DNA of 64,000 bases, taken from NCBI GenBank assembly GCA_002104905.1, contig MCFE01000474.1, forward strand, positions 1 through 64,000, written 5' to 3'. The position numbers and the translations under genes are program-made. The DNA comes from Basidiobolus meristosporus CBS 931.73. Lineage: Eukaryota > Fungi > Basidiobolomycota. Of the stretch, positions 1 through 10,706 are shown one piece after another (the stretch's first letter is position 1; each line of letters opens with the position of its first letter). Under the pieces are notes generated by a model. The model was given only the letters and a program-made list of their open reading frames with translations. It did not search any database and was not told the origin of the DNA.

Positions 1-478
1 TTGGACTGTCAGTCAGATCCTCATCCCAATTGGAATCACTATAACCATCCAATAATATCAATATCTGGACATGCAGACACCATCAAGTATATTGGGCTAC
101 CAGCCATTGATTGATAGGGAACATTTTGGTCAATAATTGAGCTATTTTCACCCAAAACTGGCTGAGGTTTGCTCAATTTTAGGTTAGTCTCCATAGGGGT
201 AGCTGCAGGTTTGCAATTTTGTATTTCGAGGCATCTGGGAAGGTACCTGATGTACTTAGACCAATATTTAGTATCTCAACTTTCACTTAAATTGCAAGAA
301 AATAGCTCAATTTTCCAGTATCTTTCATCGCAATGTTGCTGTCGAGATCTGATTTTGTCTATTTAAGTGCCTCCTGGCTACTTGTAGCTATTATTAGGTT
401 GTCCACATAAAGAATTAGGATGATCACACCCTTTTTGATCTGTTTTGCATATATATTTTGATCTGTAGTACTCCAAAA
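1..478 (-). mobile_element. Decayed Ty1/copia RT-RNase H fragment
   Basis: Minus-strand translation gives IYAKQIKKGVIILILYVDNLIIATS (copia YVDD region) and LDGYSDSNWDEDLTD (RNase H GYSDADW-like), with stops and frameshifts. Confidence 0.75.
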
Positions 479-1355
479 TAAGTCAGAGACATGCATCATG
501 CCATTGGAGCAGGAGATAGCCCACCAGGGTATAAGACACCTTACCAAGTGAGTCCATCGGAGTTGGAAGCAATGAAGAGACAAATAGATCAGTTACTGGA
601 GCAAGGATATATCAGGCCCAGCAAGTCACCTTGGGGAGCACTAGTACTTTTTGTGAAGAAGAAGGATGGAATACTTAGGATGTGCATTGACTAAAGAGCC
701 CTTAACTCAGTTACCATGTAGAATAAGTACCCCATACCTTGGATTGATGAGCCTTTGCACCAACTTAATGGAGCCACTATTTTCAACAAGATTGAACTCA
801 TGTCAGTATACAACCAGATTAGGGTGAAGCCAGAAGACATCCCTAAGACAGCATTCAGGACCAGATATGGACATTACAAGTACTTGGTCATGAGTTTTGG
901 CCTCACCAATGCCCCTGCAACATTCATGACCCTGATGCAGAATGTCTTCCATGAGTACTTAGACAAGTTTGTGATAATCAACCTAGATGACATAATGATA
1001 TACAGCAAGACAGAAGAGGATCATATGGTGCACATTGAAAAGGTCTTGAAGAGGCTAAGAGAGAATAAGCCTTATGACAAGCTCGCCAAGTGTGAGTTCT
1101 TCAAGGAGCACATTGAATATCTGGGACACATATTGACAGCCACAGGAGTGACTTTAGACCATAAGAAGGCTGAAGTTATCAAGAATCTGAAGCAGCCCCA
1201 TAGCATATCAAAACACTGCTCATTCCTTGGAATGGTTTCCTATTATTGGAGATTTGTCAAGCTCTTTGCAAGTATTACAGCCCCATTAACTGATATCCTC
1301 AAGAAAGACAATACCTACAAGTGAGACATAGCTAGTGAGACTACCTTCCAGATGC

Positions 1356-2426
1356 TATGGGGGTGTTTAAGTCCAAGGGAGAGATACATCCAACACTTCT
1401 CAAGTGTTTTGTGTGTGGGGTGCTCACTGGGTGCAATAACCTCTGGCAAAAGCTTGCTAGGAATACTTGGGTTCTGTCTCTAATCTAATGTGATGGGGAT
1501 TAAAGTCACAAGCTTGTCAAGGGAAAACTATTCAGCTACAATCCCCAACTTAGTTGGCATCTTAACAAAAGTATGTGCTGGGTTCAGTGTCCTTTGAGAT
1601 GACAATGTACTAAAGCTTCCAAAGTCACAACAACAGTAAACTCCACCAGCAGGGACTTGATAAGAATGCTGCTGTGGTCAATAGTTATAAAGACAGAGAA
1701 GTATCTTCGCCTATACAAGAACAAACTAGGGAAAGAATCAAGTATAATAAAAGATACCTACTGTGAGTATTCCTCACAAGTAGTGCCTCCAAGGTCAGTT
1801 GGCTGTCAGCATGGTTTCCTCAGAGTGTCCTGTGGTCTGGGGTTGGAAGTTCATGTAGCAGCAGGTAGCAGTGATAACACTAATCAACAAGTTGGTATAT
1901 TGATAAAAGGGATGATGATTTATTGTTGAGGGATAGCCTCCCTTATATACTTTTCACACTGGCTAAGTGATTGCTAATCATGGTGTTCCAGAAGGTACCA
2001 GAGATCAATAGAAATCTTAATGACATCAGAATGACCTAAGAATGTTCTAAGTAGGTGCCAGAAGGTTCTAAGAGGCACAGCACATCCAACCAATCAGTAA
2101 TCAGTATTATGAAGCCTGTGTCACAAAGGGATACCATATATGGTATGAAAATGGTAGGGATGGTGACACGGGTCGATCATGTGTCATGGGTACTGGCACA
2201 ACTACTTGCATAATATAGAGGGACTTACAGCTAGTATTCTTTCATAAAGTGAGTGATAACTTATGCAATAAGGTAAGCAGGTGTGAAAGTCAACCGGCTT
2301 ATGGGATAGTACAGATCAGGTAAGACAAATTGAATAAAACTAATGTAAGTGTAGTAGAGATATAGGGAAGTAGAAAATATAGGAATGAGCACATCTGTCT
2401 GTGTGTGTCACTGTGACACCACTACA
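1356..2426. repeat. Solo LTR family A (1071 bp) inserted in G1, 4-bp TSD ATGC
   Basis: Ends TATGGGGGTG...CACCACTACA; ATGC at 1352-1355 and 2427-2430. Removing it restores FQMLKNELAK (G2 has FQTLKNQLAK). Second copy at 25184-27062. Confidence 0.85.
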
Positions 2427-4158
2427 ATGCTCAAGAATGAGCTTGCTAAGCTTCCAAGCTTAAGAATACTTGACTTCAGGAAAGAGTCTACTTTGTGCAC
2501 ATATGCTTCAGATTATGGAATTGGTAGAGTGTTGAGCCAAAAACACAAGGGACAGAGCTACCCAGTTACCTTGAATCCAAGAAACTGAACACAGCAGAAC
2601 AAAACTATCCAGAGCATCAGAAGGAGATGCTTACTATAATACACTGTTTGAAGACATGGAGATATTATATTGAAGGAATCAAATGCACCATGAAGACTGT
2701 TCATGCCTTGCTCAAGTATATATTTACTCATTAGATACTCTCTAGAAGAATGACACAATGGAGTGAATATATTCAGCAATTTGATTTAGAGATTGTCTAC
2801 TGCCCTGGGAAAAACAACACAGTTGCTGATGCCTTACCAAGATTAGAACAAGTTGGATAACTTAACTTGGTGCATGAATCAGATTGGCCTAGCCTATTAC
2901 CAAAGTACTTAGAGGACTAAGCCACTCCTAATGAGGTGGATGAAGATATCAAGAAGATAATCCAGTATGACACTGGGAAATTTGTAGTACAGGATGAAAC
3001 ACCCTACCAAACTTGATGGTGGCCCTATTGCCAATTGCCCTTATGTTGATTGCCTGGATTTAATACATAAGCTGCACAATGTATATGGTCATCTTAGGAT
3101 TGAAGGAACCTATAGCCTTGTGAAAGCCAGAGCATGGTGGCCAAGAATGAAACAAGATATTGAGAAGCTAGTGAAAACATGCCCAAATTGCCAAATCAAT
3201 CAAGGCCAGCAACAAAGAATTGCCAAACTCTTTTGCTTGGAGCCAGTAAGACCATGTGAAAGATGGGGAATTGACTTTATTGGAAGACTGCCAACTACTA
3301 GGAAATGCAACCATTGGATCCTTGTAGCAATTGACCATGCCACAAAATAGCCTGTAGCTAAAGCAGTACCTGTAGCCAAAGAACAAGAGGTTGCAAGTTT
3401 CATCTACCATGAGATCCTTATGAAGTTTGGATGCCCTGTAGAGATACTATCCCATAGAGGAGCAAACTTTATGGCAAAGACATTGGAAGCTTACCTGGGA
3501 TTGCAGCACATCAGACACTTGAAAGCCTTGACATATCACCCTAGAACTTATGGAGTCACTGAGCGGATTAATGGATTATTTGGAAAAATGCTGACCAAAT
3601 ATGCAAATGGAGCTGTCAGTAGATGGGATGAGTATATAGACCAAGCACTCTTTGCTTGCAGAATTAGAGTAAACAACACCACCCAACAATTGCCAATTTA
3701 CTCAGTGTATGGATGTGAACCAAGGATTCCAGGAGATCTCACTCAACCAAATCTTACAGACACCTTATAAGATGAACTCAGTTAGCCAAGTAGAAACCAG
3801 CAGCTGGAACAAAGACATCAAGGAGCACAGACCAAAGTGTCTCAAAGTGCAGAAAAGATGAAGCAGAAATATGATAAGACAATAGCATCAGAAGCATTGA
3901 CAGTTGGGAACTTTGCATTGCTAAGAAACTACACTTGGAAGAAGTTTGAGCCACAATGAACAGGGCCATTCAAGATCATCAGAAAATGTCTATTTGCTAC
4001 CTACCAACTAGTGGATACACAAGCAAATATCTGGGAAGACTTAGTGCATATAGACAGACTCAAACTTGCAAGACTTGCTGATAATACTGAACCATCAAGA
4101 TATTGGTATCACAGGAAGAGATATTCAGGAAAACACTCTCAACTTTAGTTGGGGAGAA

Positions 4159-4528
4159 TGCAATGATCTACTGTTTAAATGTTTAAGTTAAATCAGTTTT
4201 TTTAGTCATATCAATTGGTTATATGTTTAGCATATCAGTATAACAGTATTGTATATCAAATCAGTTGCATGAGGTAGCAAATGAATCAGCAGATTCTTAT
4301 CCAACAGAAATAGATATATTAAGTAGGATCTTAATGGGTGATGATGATGCAATCAAGTGAGTCATCAGCCACAGCCAACATTAGAAAGTACAATTAGTCA
4401 GCAATTGATCTGACAAATTGTATATACAGAGCTGCTGGAACCTCAATAAAAATCAGTTCAAGTTTTAGCAAATACAAAACTAGCTAAACTCTCTATTCCT
4501 CTGCATTCTTATACCCGGACTTGTAACA
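4159..4528 (+). repeat. Gypsy LTR family B (370 bp), 3' LTR of G1
   Basis: TG...ACA ends, follows the PPT, similar to 15811-16179, 20059-20458 (-) and ~6598-6815 (-). Confidence 0.9.
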
Positions 4529-5594
4529 CTGTGATGCTCCAGAGTCAATATACCTTTCATTACTTAGGTTACTTGCACTCTCTTGTACAGTTACAAGTAG
4601 CTGTTCATCAGTAGCTATATGGTTTACATGCTCCAGTTTCTGTTTTTTGTCTGCTTGTTTCTTCTTGCATTCCCTTGCCCAGTGTGCTGGCTTCTTACAG
4701 TAGTTACTGCAACCAGATTTTCTTAGCTTTTGTTGCTTTCCCTCTTCTTCTGTCTGCCTTTCTGAGCTGAATAAAGGATTGCATTCAACTTTCTCCACTT
4801 GGTCATTATGTCTGAGGATTCATGGAGAAGTCTTCCTTTGACATAATCAAAAGTCAAATTGTCTTCTCTGCTTTCAAACAAAGTATGAGAGGCCCATACT
4901 TGTGTGGTAGGCTTCAAAGCAGACAGAGACTCTTTTGTTCATCATCTACACCAGCTTTAATACTGTGGAGTTTGTCTGCAAGTGTCTCCATTCTGGTAAT
5001 GAATTGTAGCATGTCATCATCTGACTACTTCCTCATGTTGAAGAACTTTTTTTTCAGTAAAGGTTGCTTGATACTTACTTTGCTCTAAAGATCTTCTCTA
5101 AGGATTCCCATGCTGCTTTGGCAGTATTTGCAGGATGGATTTATCCTATGAAGGAGTTTTGCACATTGATACATATATCATTGAAGGCATTTCTCTCCTT
5201 GTCTTGAAACTTCTCCACTTCTTCTGCTGTTTGTTGGGCTCAGCATCTTTTCCTGCTACTATATTCCAAAGCTTTTTTTCCTCAATGCAGATCTGCATCC
5301 TCATTCTCCCAAGTCTGTAGTTCTTCCCATCAAACCTCACCTTTACAGGTAAGATGTTTGTATTGTACTGTTGGCTGGTAGAAGTCATATTTAGAATAGG
5401 CTAAGGCAATTGGGGCTCATAACCTGTGGCAATTTAAGAGGTTATTTGGATATAAGGAGCTTTCATTCAATAGTGATAATAGCTGAGCTGTTGTTTATTC
5501 ATAAAGAGGATCAATATTTATACCTTTGTAGAAGTAATACAGCTATAGCACTAAGTAAGGAGGGTTTCTTAACATTCAGGGGCATTCTGTAACA
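4529..5594 (-). mobile_element. Ty1/copia copy C1: 5' LTR (5425-5594), PBS, decayed gag and protease
   Basis: Minus strand: LTR TGTTACAG...GCCACA, PBS, gag VRFDGKNYRL, zinc knuckle CSNYCKKPAHWAREC, protease YIDSGASQ cut by the G1 LTR. Confidence 0.85.
5410..5424 (-). promoter_or_regulatory. Primer binding site GGTTATGAGCCCCAA (half-tRNA-iMet type)
   Basis: Directly abuts the LTR end; complementary to the initiator tRNA anticodon stem-loop GGGCUCAUAACC; identical 15-mer at 36909-36923. Confidence 0.85.
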
Positions 5595-5599
5595 GTTTC

Positions 5600-6815
5600 A
5601 GGCTTAGTACATAATGTTTTGTACAAAGTGTCAATTTGATCTTGACTCTAGGAGAATAATCATAGGATCATAGATCTGAAGAAACTGGCAAAGTTGGGGC
5701 TGCAAGTTAGTCCTACAGTGGCCAAGACTAGCTAGAATTGTTAAATAAGCTCTTAGCTGCTGAATAATATGAAATTGTCCAATATTTCAACACATACTTC
5801 GGAGCTAGTATTCTTCTGCATGGTGTTAATTTTCGTTGGTATCACTTCAGATTGTCATCTTTTGTTCTGATTATAAGATTTCTGACCAGTCACTGTAGCC
5901 TTTTCAACTCCAAACACAGCTGATTCATAGTTAATGACAAACTTAATGGGTCTTTTAGTGGTCTGAGGTTGTCTAAGAATCACCTTCTTATCAGTTCTCT
6001 CTTTCAGACCATCAATAAGATATTAACCTTTATCTCAGGGTTTTATTCTTTTAATCTGCCCAAGTAGACTACAATACTCCCTGATGTATTCTTGAACCAT
6101 GCCTCCCCATCTTAGTTTCTTCAGCTTCCTTCTTAGAAGTGTTGGCCGATGTGGAGGCTCAAAAGCATGCTAAATTTCAAACACAAGCTGATGCCAAGTA
6201 GATTTAATTGAGCATCCATCATAGTGATTGATCTAATCTTGCAGTGGTTCCACTGTAAAGCTGCATCTGCAAAGTAGAAGCAGCACATTTAAACTGGGTT
6301 TATAGTGCCACTCCTATGGCCTGAACGGCTTTTTTGATTTAAAAGAGCCCAGTTGCCAGGTTCTTATTGACCTTACCATGGTGCTAGTTGGCCTTCCCAC
6401 TAAAGTTACTCTTGACAGGGCTTTATTGGCTCCAAGTCACAGTATTCATTACTTGTTGCTGCTGGTTGAATTTCTGGACCAACTGATGCTGTTGGGCCTT
6501 GAAACACTGCACAACATTCTTTAATTCTAAATTATCCAACATTGCGGGGGAGGCTTCTTTCTTCAGCAACAAAGTTTCTGCTTATTGCAGCTGCATATGT
6601 TACAAGTCCTGATATAAGAATTTAGAGGAATAGAGAGTTTAGCTAGTATTATACAAAGCTAAAGTTTGAAGAGATCTTTATTGAATTCTAGTAGCTCCTT
6701 GAATAAATTTTGCCAGATCAATTATTGACTAATTTTGTATTCAGATGTAGGTAATGGCTGATGACTCATTAAATTACATCAGCACAACTGCAAAAGATCC
6801 TACCTGATATATCTG
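5600..6815 (-). mobile_element. Decayed gypsy gag plus partial LTR-B (ends approximate)
   Basis: Reverse complement matches G2 gag (LIDGLKERT region) and, from 6598, the LTR-B end. Confidence 0.75.
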
Positions 6816-6974
6816 TATCTGTTGGATTAAGTATAAAGCTGGATTGGTGGCTAAAGGCTTCTCCCAAATTGAAGGACTAGACTTCATGGGGAAGGTGGCT
6901 CTATAAGAATAGTTTTAGACTATCTGGTAATATGTGATATTATTAGCCCTGCAGCAAAACCTATATACAGCACT

Positions 6975-7320
6975 TTTAGCACCTGATAGTACTAGAGGAC
7001 CAAGTTAGTGCTATACATTTTTGTGGCATGATAAAAGCCTCTGGAGCTAGATTCAGAGTGCCATGGTTATTGAGTACCAGAAGCATGTCTTCAGAATTTG
7101 TGTGCTCCAACACATTATGTACAATAATGATCCCAAAAAAAAATCAAGACATGGGCTTTTCTCAGCACAATAAGTACACATGGAGGTTGCTTTGCATGAA
7201 CTTGAAGAAGAGTATCTTACACTCTTTAGCCCAGCTTAGGTATACCATGCCTCTCAGGCACACAATGGCATTATTTAGCACATATGGCTTAATGTGACAC
7301 AATTCATTACAGCAAGCATT
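6975..7320. mobile_element. Truncated copy of the foldback MITE family (ends approximate)
   Basis: Aligns to the right arm of the 19043-19677 element (GGAGCTAGATT..GTGCCAT..TTGAGTACCA..CATGTCTTCA). Confidence 0.65.
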
Positions 7321-8199
7321 ATGTATATGGTGCCACCAGAAGGCTCTGCCATTCCAATTAGCCCTATAAGGTGTGCAGACATGGAAATTGCTGTATGTGC
7401 TTAAGTAGTTCACTAGAAGATACTGAAGCAAAATTCACACATATCTGGAGGAGATTAGACTTGTTCCATTGTACCATGCCAGGGCGCGTGGCACAATCCG
7501 CGGTTGTAAAGAACAATCAAGCGCAATATTATAGCTACCAGAAGGCAGGATTGTTCTTGGACAATTTTGCACTATGCGGGACAATCTTGCACACTATGGC
7601 ACAATCTGACACAATGAGGTTGGCACAGATGATTGCGCCAACTTGTAATGTTTGCATCATGTGCACAATTGGATACCGCTATTATGGCAGGTAAAATCCG
7701 GTATTTGGGTATGTTTCTTTAATGTTAATGGAAATAAATGTGTATCACACTATAAACTACACTGATACTTACCATTTTGGTTACCCTCACTCCAATTGGA
7801 TGGTATCTCAGTGGTTAACTGGTCCAAAAGTATCCTGAAGCTGGCAGCCCCCAATTGGCTCATTGACTACTGAAAAATCCACCTGATTTGCCATCAAATA
7901 TCCCATTTTGCTCATTGAGCAAGTAAATCCCTGATCCTAGTGATTGGACATGGTGTCATAGCTAGCACGCAAGCAATTGTGTAGGTGCAAAACAGATCCA
8001 ATAGCTGCACTGGTATTACGGATGACGTATATATATGCAGGGTGTTTACTTATAGGGGTTCTGTCTCAAATGTGAGATGACCTTGATATTACTTATATCA
8101 AAAATTTGATGATCACTGATTTGCAATGGCTTGATTCAGATTGCAAAAAAAAAGGGTGGTTGGGATCATTACAAATGTGAGCAATTCAAAGCAATTGCA

Positions 8200-9462
8200 T
8201 CATCTTCTCCTGGGTTTTTTTCTCACAGGGATTACTACTGAAGCATTTGGTAGTGACTCACTTTGCACACCTACACTACTTCTTGGCTGACTATCATCTT
8301 GGCTACTTGTGTATTTGTACTCAGTATGTTGCCTCTCAGTTGATGAGTGCAATGCTGCAGCTTGGCCGTGCTGAATTGCTCCAACTGAACCAACTGCTCC
8401 AGCCTGTAGTGCCATGCGCTGATGCGTTCTTTTACTTGCCAAGGGCTCCGGTGGTTGAGGCACTTCATATTGGTCATCATCAGTCAGTTCACCAGAAGTA
8501 ACTTGCTGATGGTCAGGCAAAACGGCATGCGCAGGCGCACCTTGACGCGTTGAGATGGCCCTTGGCTGAGTTCAATGTGATGCTGCATGTTGACACGACT
8601 TGGTCTGCTCCAATGGACTGATGTCTAAATGAGCAGTTTGGCAAGTTCTCGTAGTTTTGCTCTGAAGTGCATGCATTGACCCAACACGTGCTGACTCAAT
8701 GCACGTTGACTTGATGCGAGGCATTCTGGTAAAGGGTGTTGGCGTAGTCAGGACTGACGTGCGCCGGCACGCTGTGGTTGCAAGAGATGGTAGGGAATCC
8801 AGCAAGGCATGCTGGCGTGATCTGGACAATGTTGCTTGCGGTCTGTATTCTTCCTCCTGAAGCACACCATCTGATTCCTCAAGGTATTCACTTACCCTCT
8901 GTCTGATACTTTGGAGCTGTTGCCTGGATGAGTCCTGTGTATATTGCTCTTGGAAGCTACTTAGCTCTACTAATATATCATGAAGTAAATTAGTCATTTG
9001 AGGCAAAAACTCATTCAAAATCTCTTTGGTTCCCAAAGTTGAGGCACAAACAGACGTGTCCGGCCCGTACTGTGCAAATTGCGCGCAAAATTGTTCCGGT
9101 GCAGCTTCTTTGTCAAATCCCCTCACTCTCAGCTCATTCTTGATTTCAATACTTGTCTTGTTATATATCTTTTTACATACATTGGCTGGCATCTTGATGT
9201 AGAACTCATGCCACAGCTTTCTACTCAAATTCTTCCATCTTTGTCAACTCTCTGAGGTATCTAGTTCTGCTAGATTAATCAGTAGTGCCCAAATATCTGT
9301 ATGAAGGCTCTTCATAGACACTTGGGCCATACTAAAATCATTTGGCAAGAACTCAAACGGATCCAACATTGACTTTTCCAATCCAGACCGTGCTTGTGAG
9401 CTGGGGGATGGGTTTTGTCTGGATTGTACTAAAGATGAGTTGAGGCCTGGTATGGGGACCAT
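8200..9462 (-). pseudogene. Second gene of H1 (putative DNA-binding partner, ~420 codons, two in-frame TGA)
   Basis: ORFs 9244-9462, 8572-9228 and 8200-8520 share one frame and are separated only by single TGA codons; homologous decayed region in H2 (~22350-23000). Confidence 0.6.
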
Positions 9463-9821
9463 AGCAACGGATTTGGATACTTATACAGCAGTATATTGGA
9501 ATCAACCTGGTCTTATATGAAATATATATGAAAACTAATGTGTTTGTTGAATTTTCCATATATTATGCATGATGCATCTTGGATTGCGTTGACACGGATC
9601 AGATCACATCAATTGCAGATTTCCTAATTGATTATAGACCTATGATTAAAGCATCAATAAAAGTACCAAGGCATTGTTTGCGGATGATTTTTGCAACATA
9701 ATGATGGGATATATGGCAATTAATGGAGATTTAACCATAATGTATTAATAATCAGATAAATAACACAGATTGCACCAAATCAATTCAAACCACCCCCATA
9801 CAGTCATCCATCAATTTTAAT

Positions 9822-10706
9822 ATGACTTACTCATCCAAATGGTCTTTTCTCATCAATCCCATCACTACCACTGGATTTCCTTTTGACACACTAGAGGAGA
9901 TCTATTCCAAGTACTGTGGACCATCAACCCCAATCTACTCAAGAAGATCCCTTGTTAAGCTTCTCTGCTATTACAAGAACTATTGCCCTACAAGGTTTCA
10001 TCCTACCATCCATGGCAACAAAAGTCCTAGAAGCTTTCATACCCAGCTGACAGCAATGAAGAACCACCTTGCAGAGGGTATGAATGACTTAGAGCAAGCT
10101 TGGAACACTAGGTTCAGAAGCTCCAATAGACTTCCATATCCCAGAGTGTTCAGCAACAGGTTCCATATCAGGAGTATTTTGGATACCTTCCCAGTGAGGA
10201 TTAACAGACCTTCTAGAGGGCAGAGGCACTTTTATTCTGGCAAGTACAAGGCACACTGTGTGAAGTTTCAAGCACTGTCTGACATTGAGGGTAACATCAT
10301 CTGGTTTAGTGGGTCATTTGCTGGAAGTAGGCATGACAAAGCACTCTGGGTAGAGAATCATCCTGAATTCAGTAGAGGGGAGAAATGTATGGCAGACTTA
10401 GCCTATATAGGAGAGGATTGTCAGAGATTAGGATGTATTACTGCTTATAGGAAGCCAAGGAATGGTGTGCTTAGCAGGAAGCAGAAGCTCTACAATGAGA
10501 TATTTAATCATTTCAGAGTAAGGGTAGAGCACACATTTGGATATCTGAAGAGATTTAGCATATTGGCAGGTGAATACAGAGGAAAGTCATATATAGGAGA
10601 AAACAGCAGAATAGGTAAAATAGTTAAGATACTTATTAATGCTCAGTATGTTCATACAAGAAGACATCCACTGAGAGAAATGTGTCTGGAGCATTATGAA
10701 GAGTAA
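9822..10706 (+). CDS. DDE transposase, PIF/Harbinger/IS5-like (DDE_Tnp_4 type), 294 aa, intact
   Basis: ILDTFPVRI (D), FYSGKYKAHCVKFQ, GSRHD, MADLAY (D), FRVRVEHTFGYLKRF (E); inside the H1 TIRs. Confidence 0.9.
   Translation: MTYSSKWSFLINPITTTGFPFDTLEEIYSKYCGPSTPIYSRRSLVKLLCYYKNYCPTRFHPTIHGNKSPRSFHTQLTAMKNHLAEGMNDLEQAWNTRFRSSNRLPYPRVFSNRFHIRSILDTFPVRINRPSRGQRHFYSGKYKAHCVKFQALSDIEGNIIWFSGSFAGSRHDKALWVENHPEFSRGEKCMADLAYIGEDCQRLGCITAYRKPRNGVLSRKQKLYNEIFNHFRVRVEHTFGYLKRFSILAGEYRGKSYIGENSRIGKIVKILINAQYVHTRRHPLREMCLEHYEE

Larger units (their letters stand above)
481..4528 (+). mobile_element. Ty3/gypsy retrotransposon copy G1 (5'-truncated, decayed pol, 3' LTR)
   Basis: RT motifs [36 protein letters not shown]; RNase H; integrase GIDFIG, YHPRT; PPT GGGGAGAA at 4151-4158 then LTR. 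Colinear with copy G2 at 13.2-16.2 kb. Confidence 0.9.

Noticed and set aside
1657-1929. Similar ORFs in both LTR-A copies (1657-1929, 25485-25796)
   Set aside because: They start at TTG, and the similarity simply reflects the repeat; no evidence of a protein.
6560-6597. Possible Tf1-style self-priming site after the gypsy LTR-B
   Set aside because: Only about 6 nt of complementarity to the LTR (AGCTGC); too degenerate to call.
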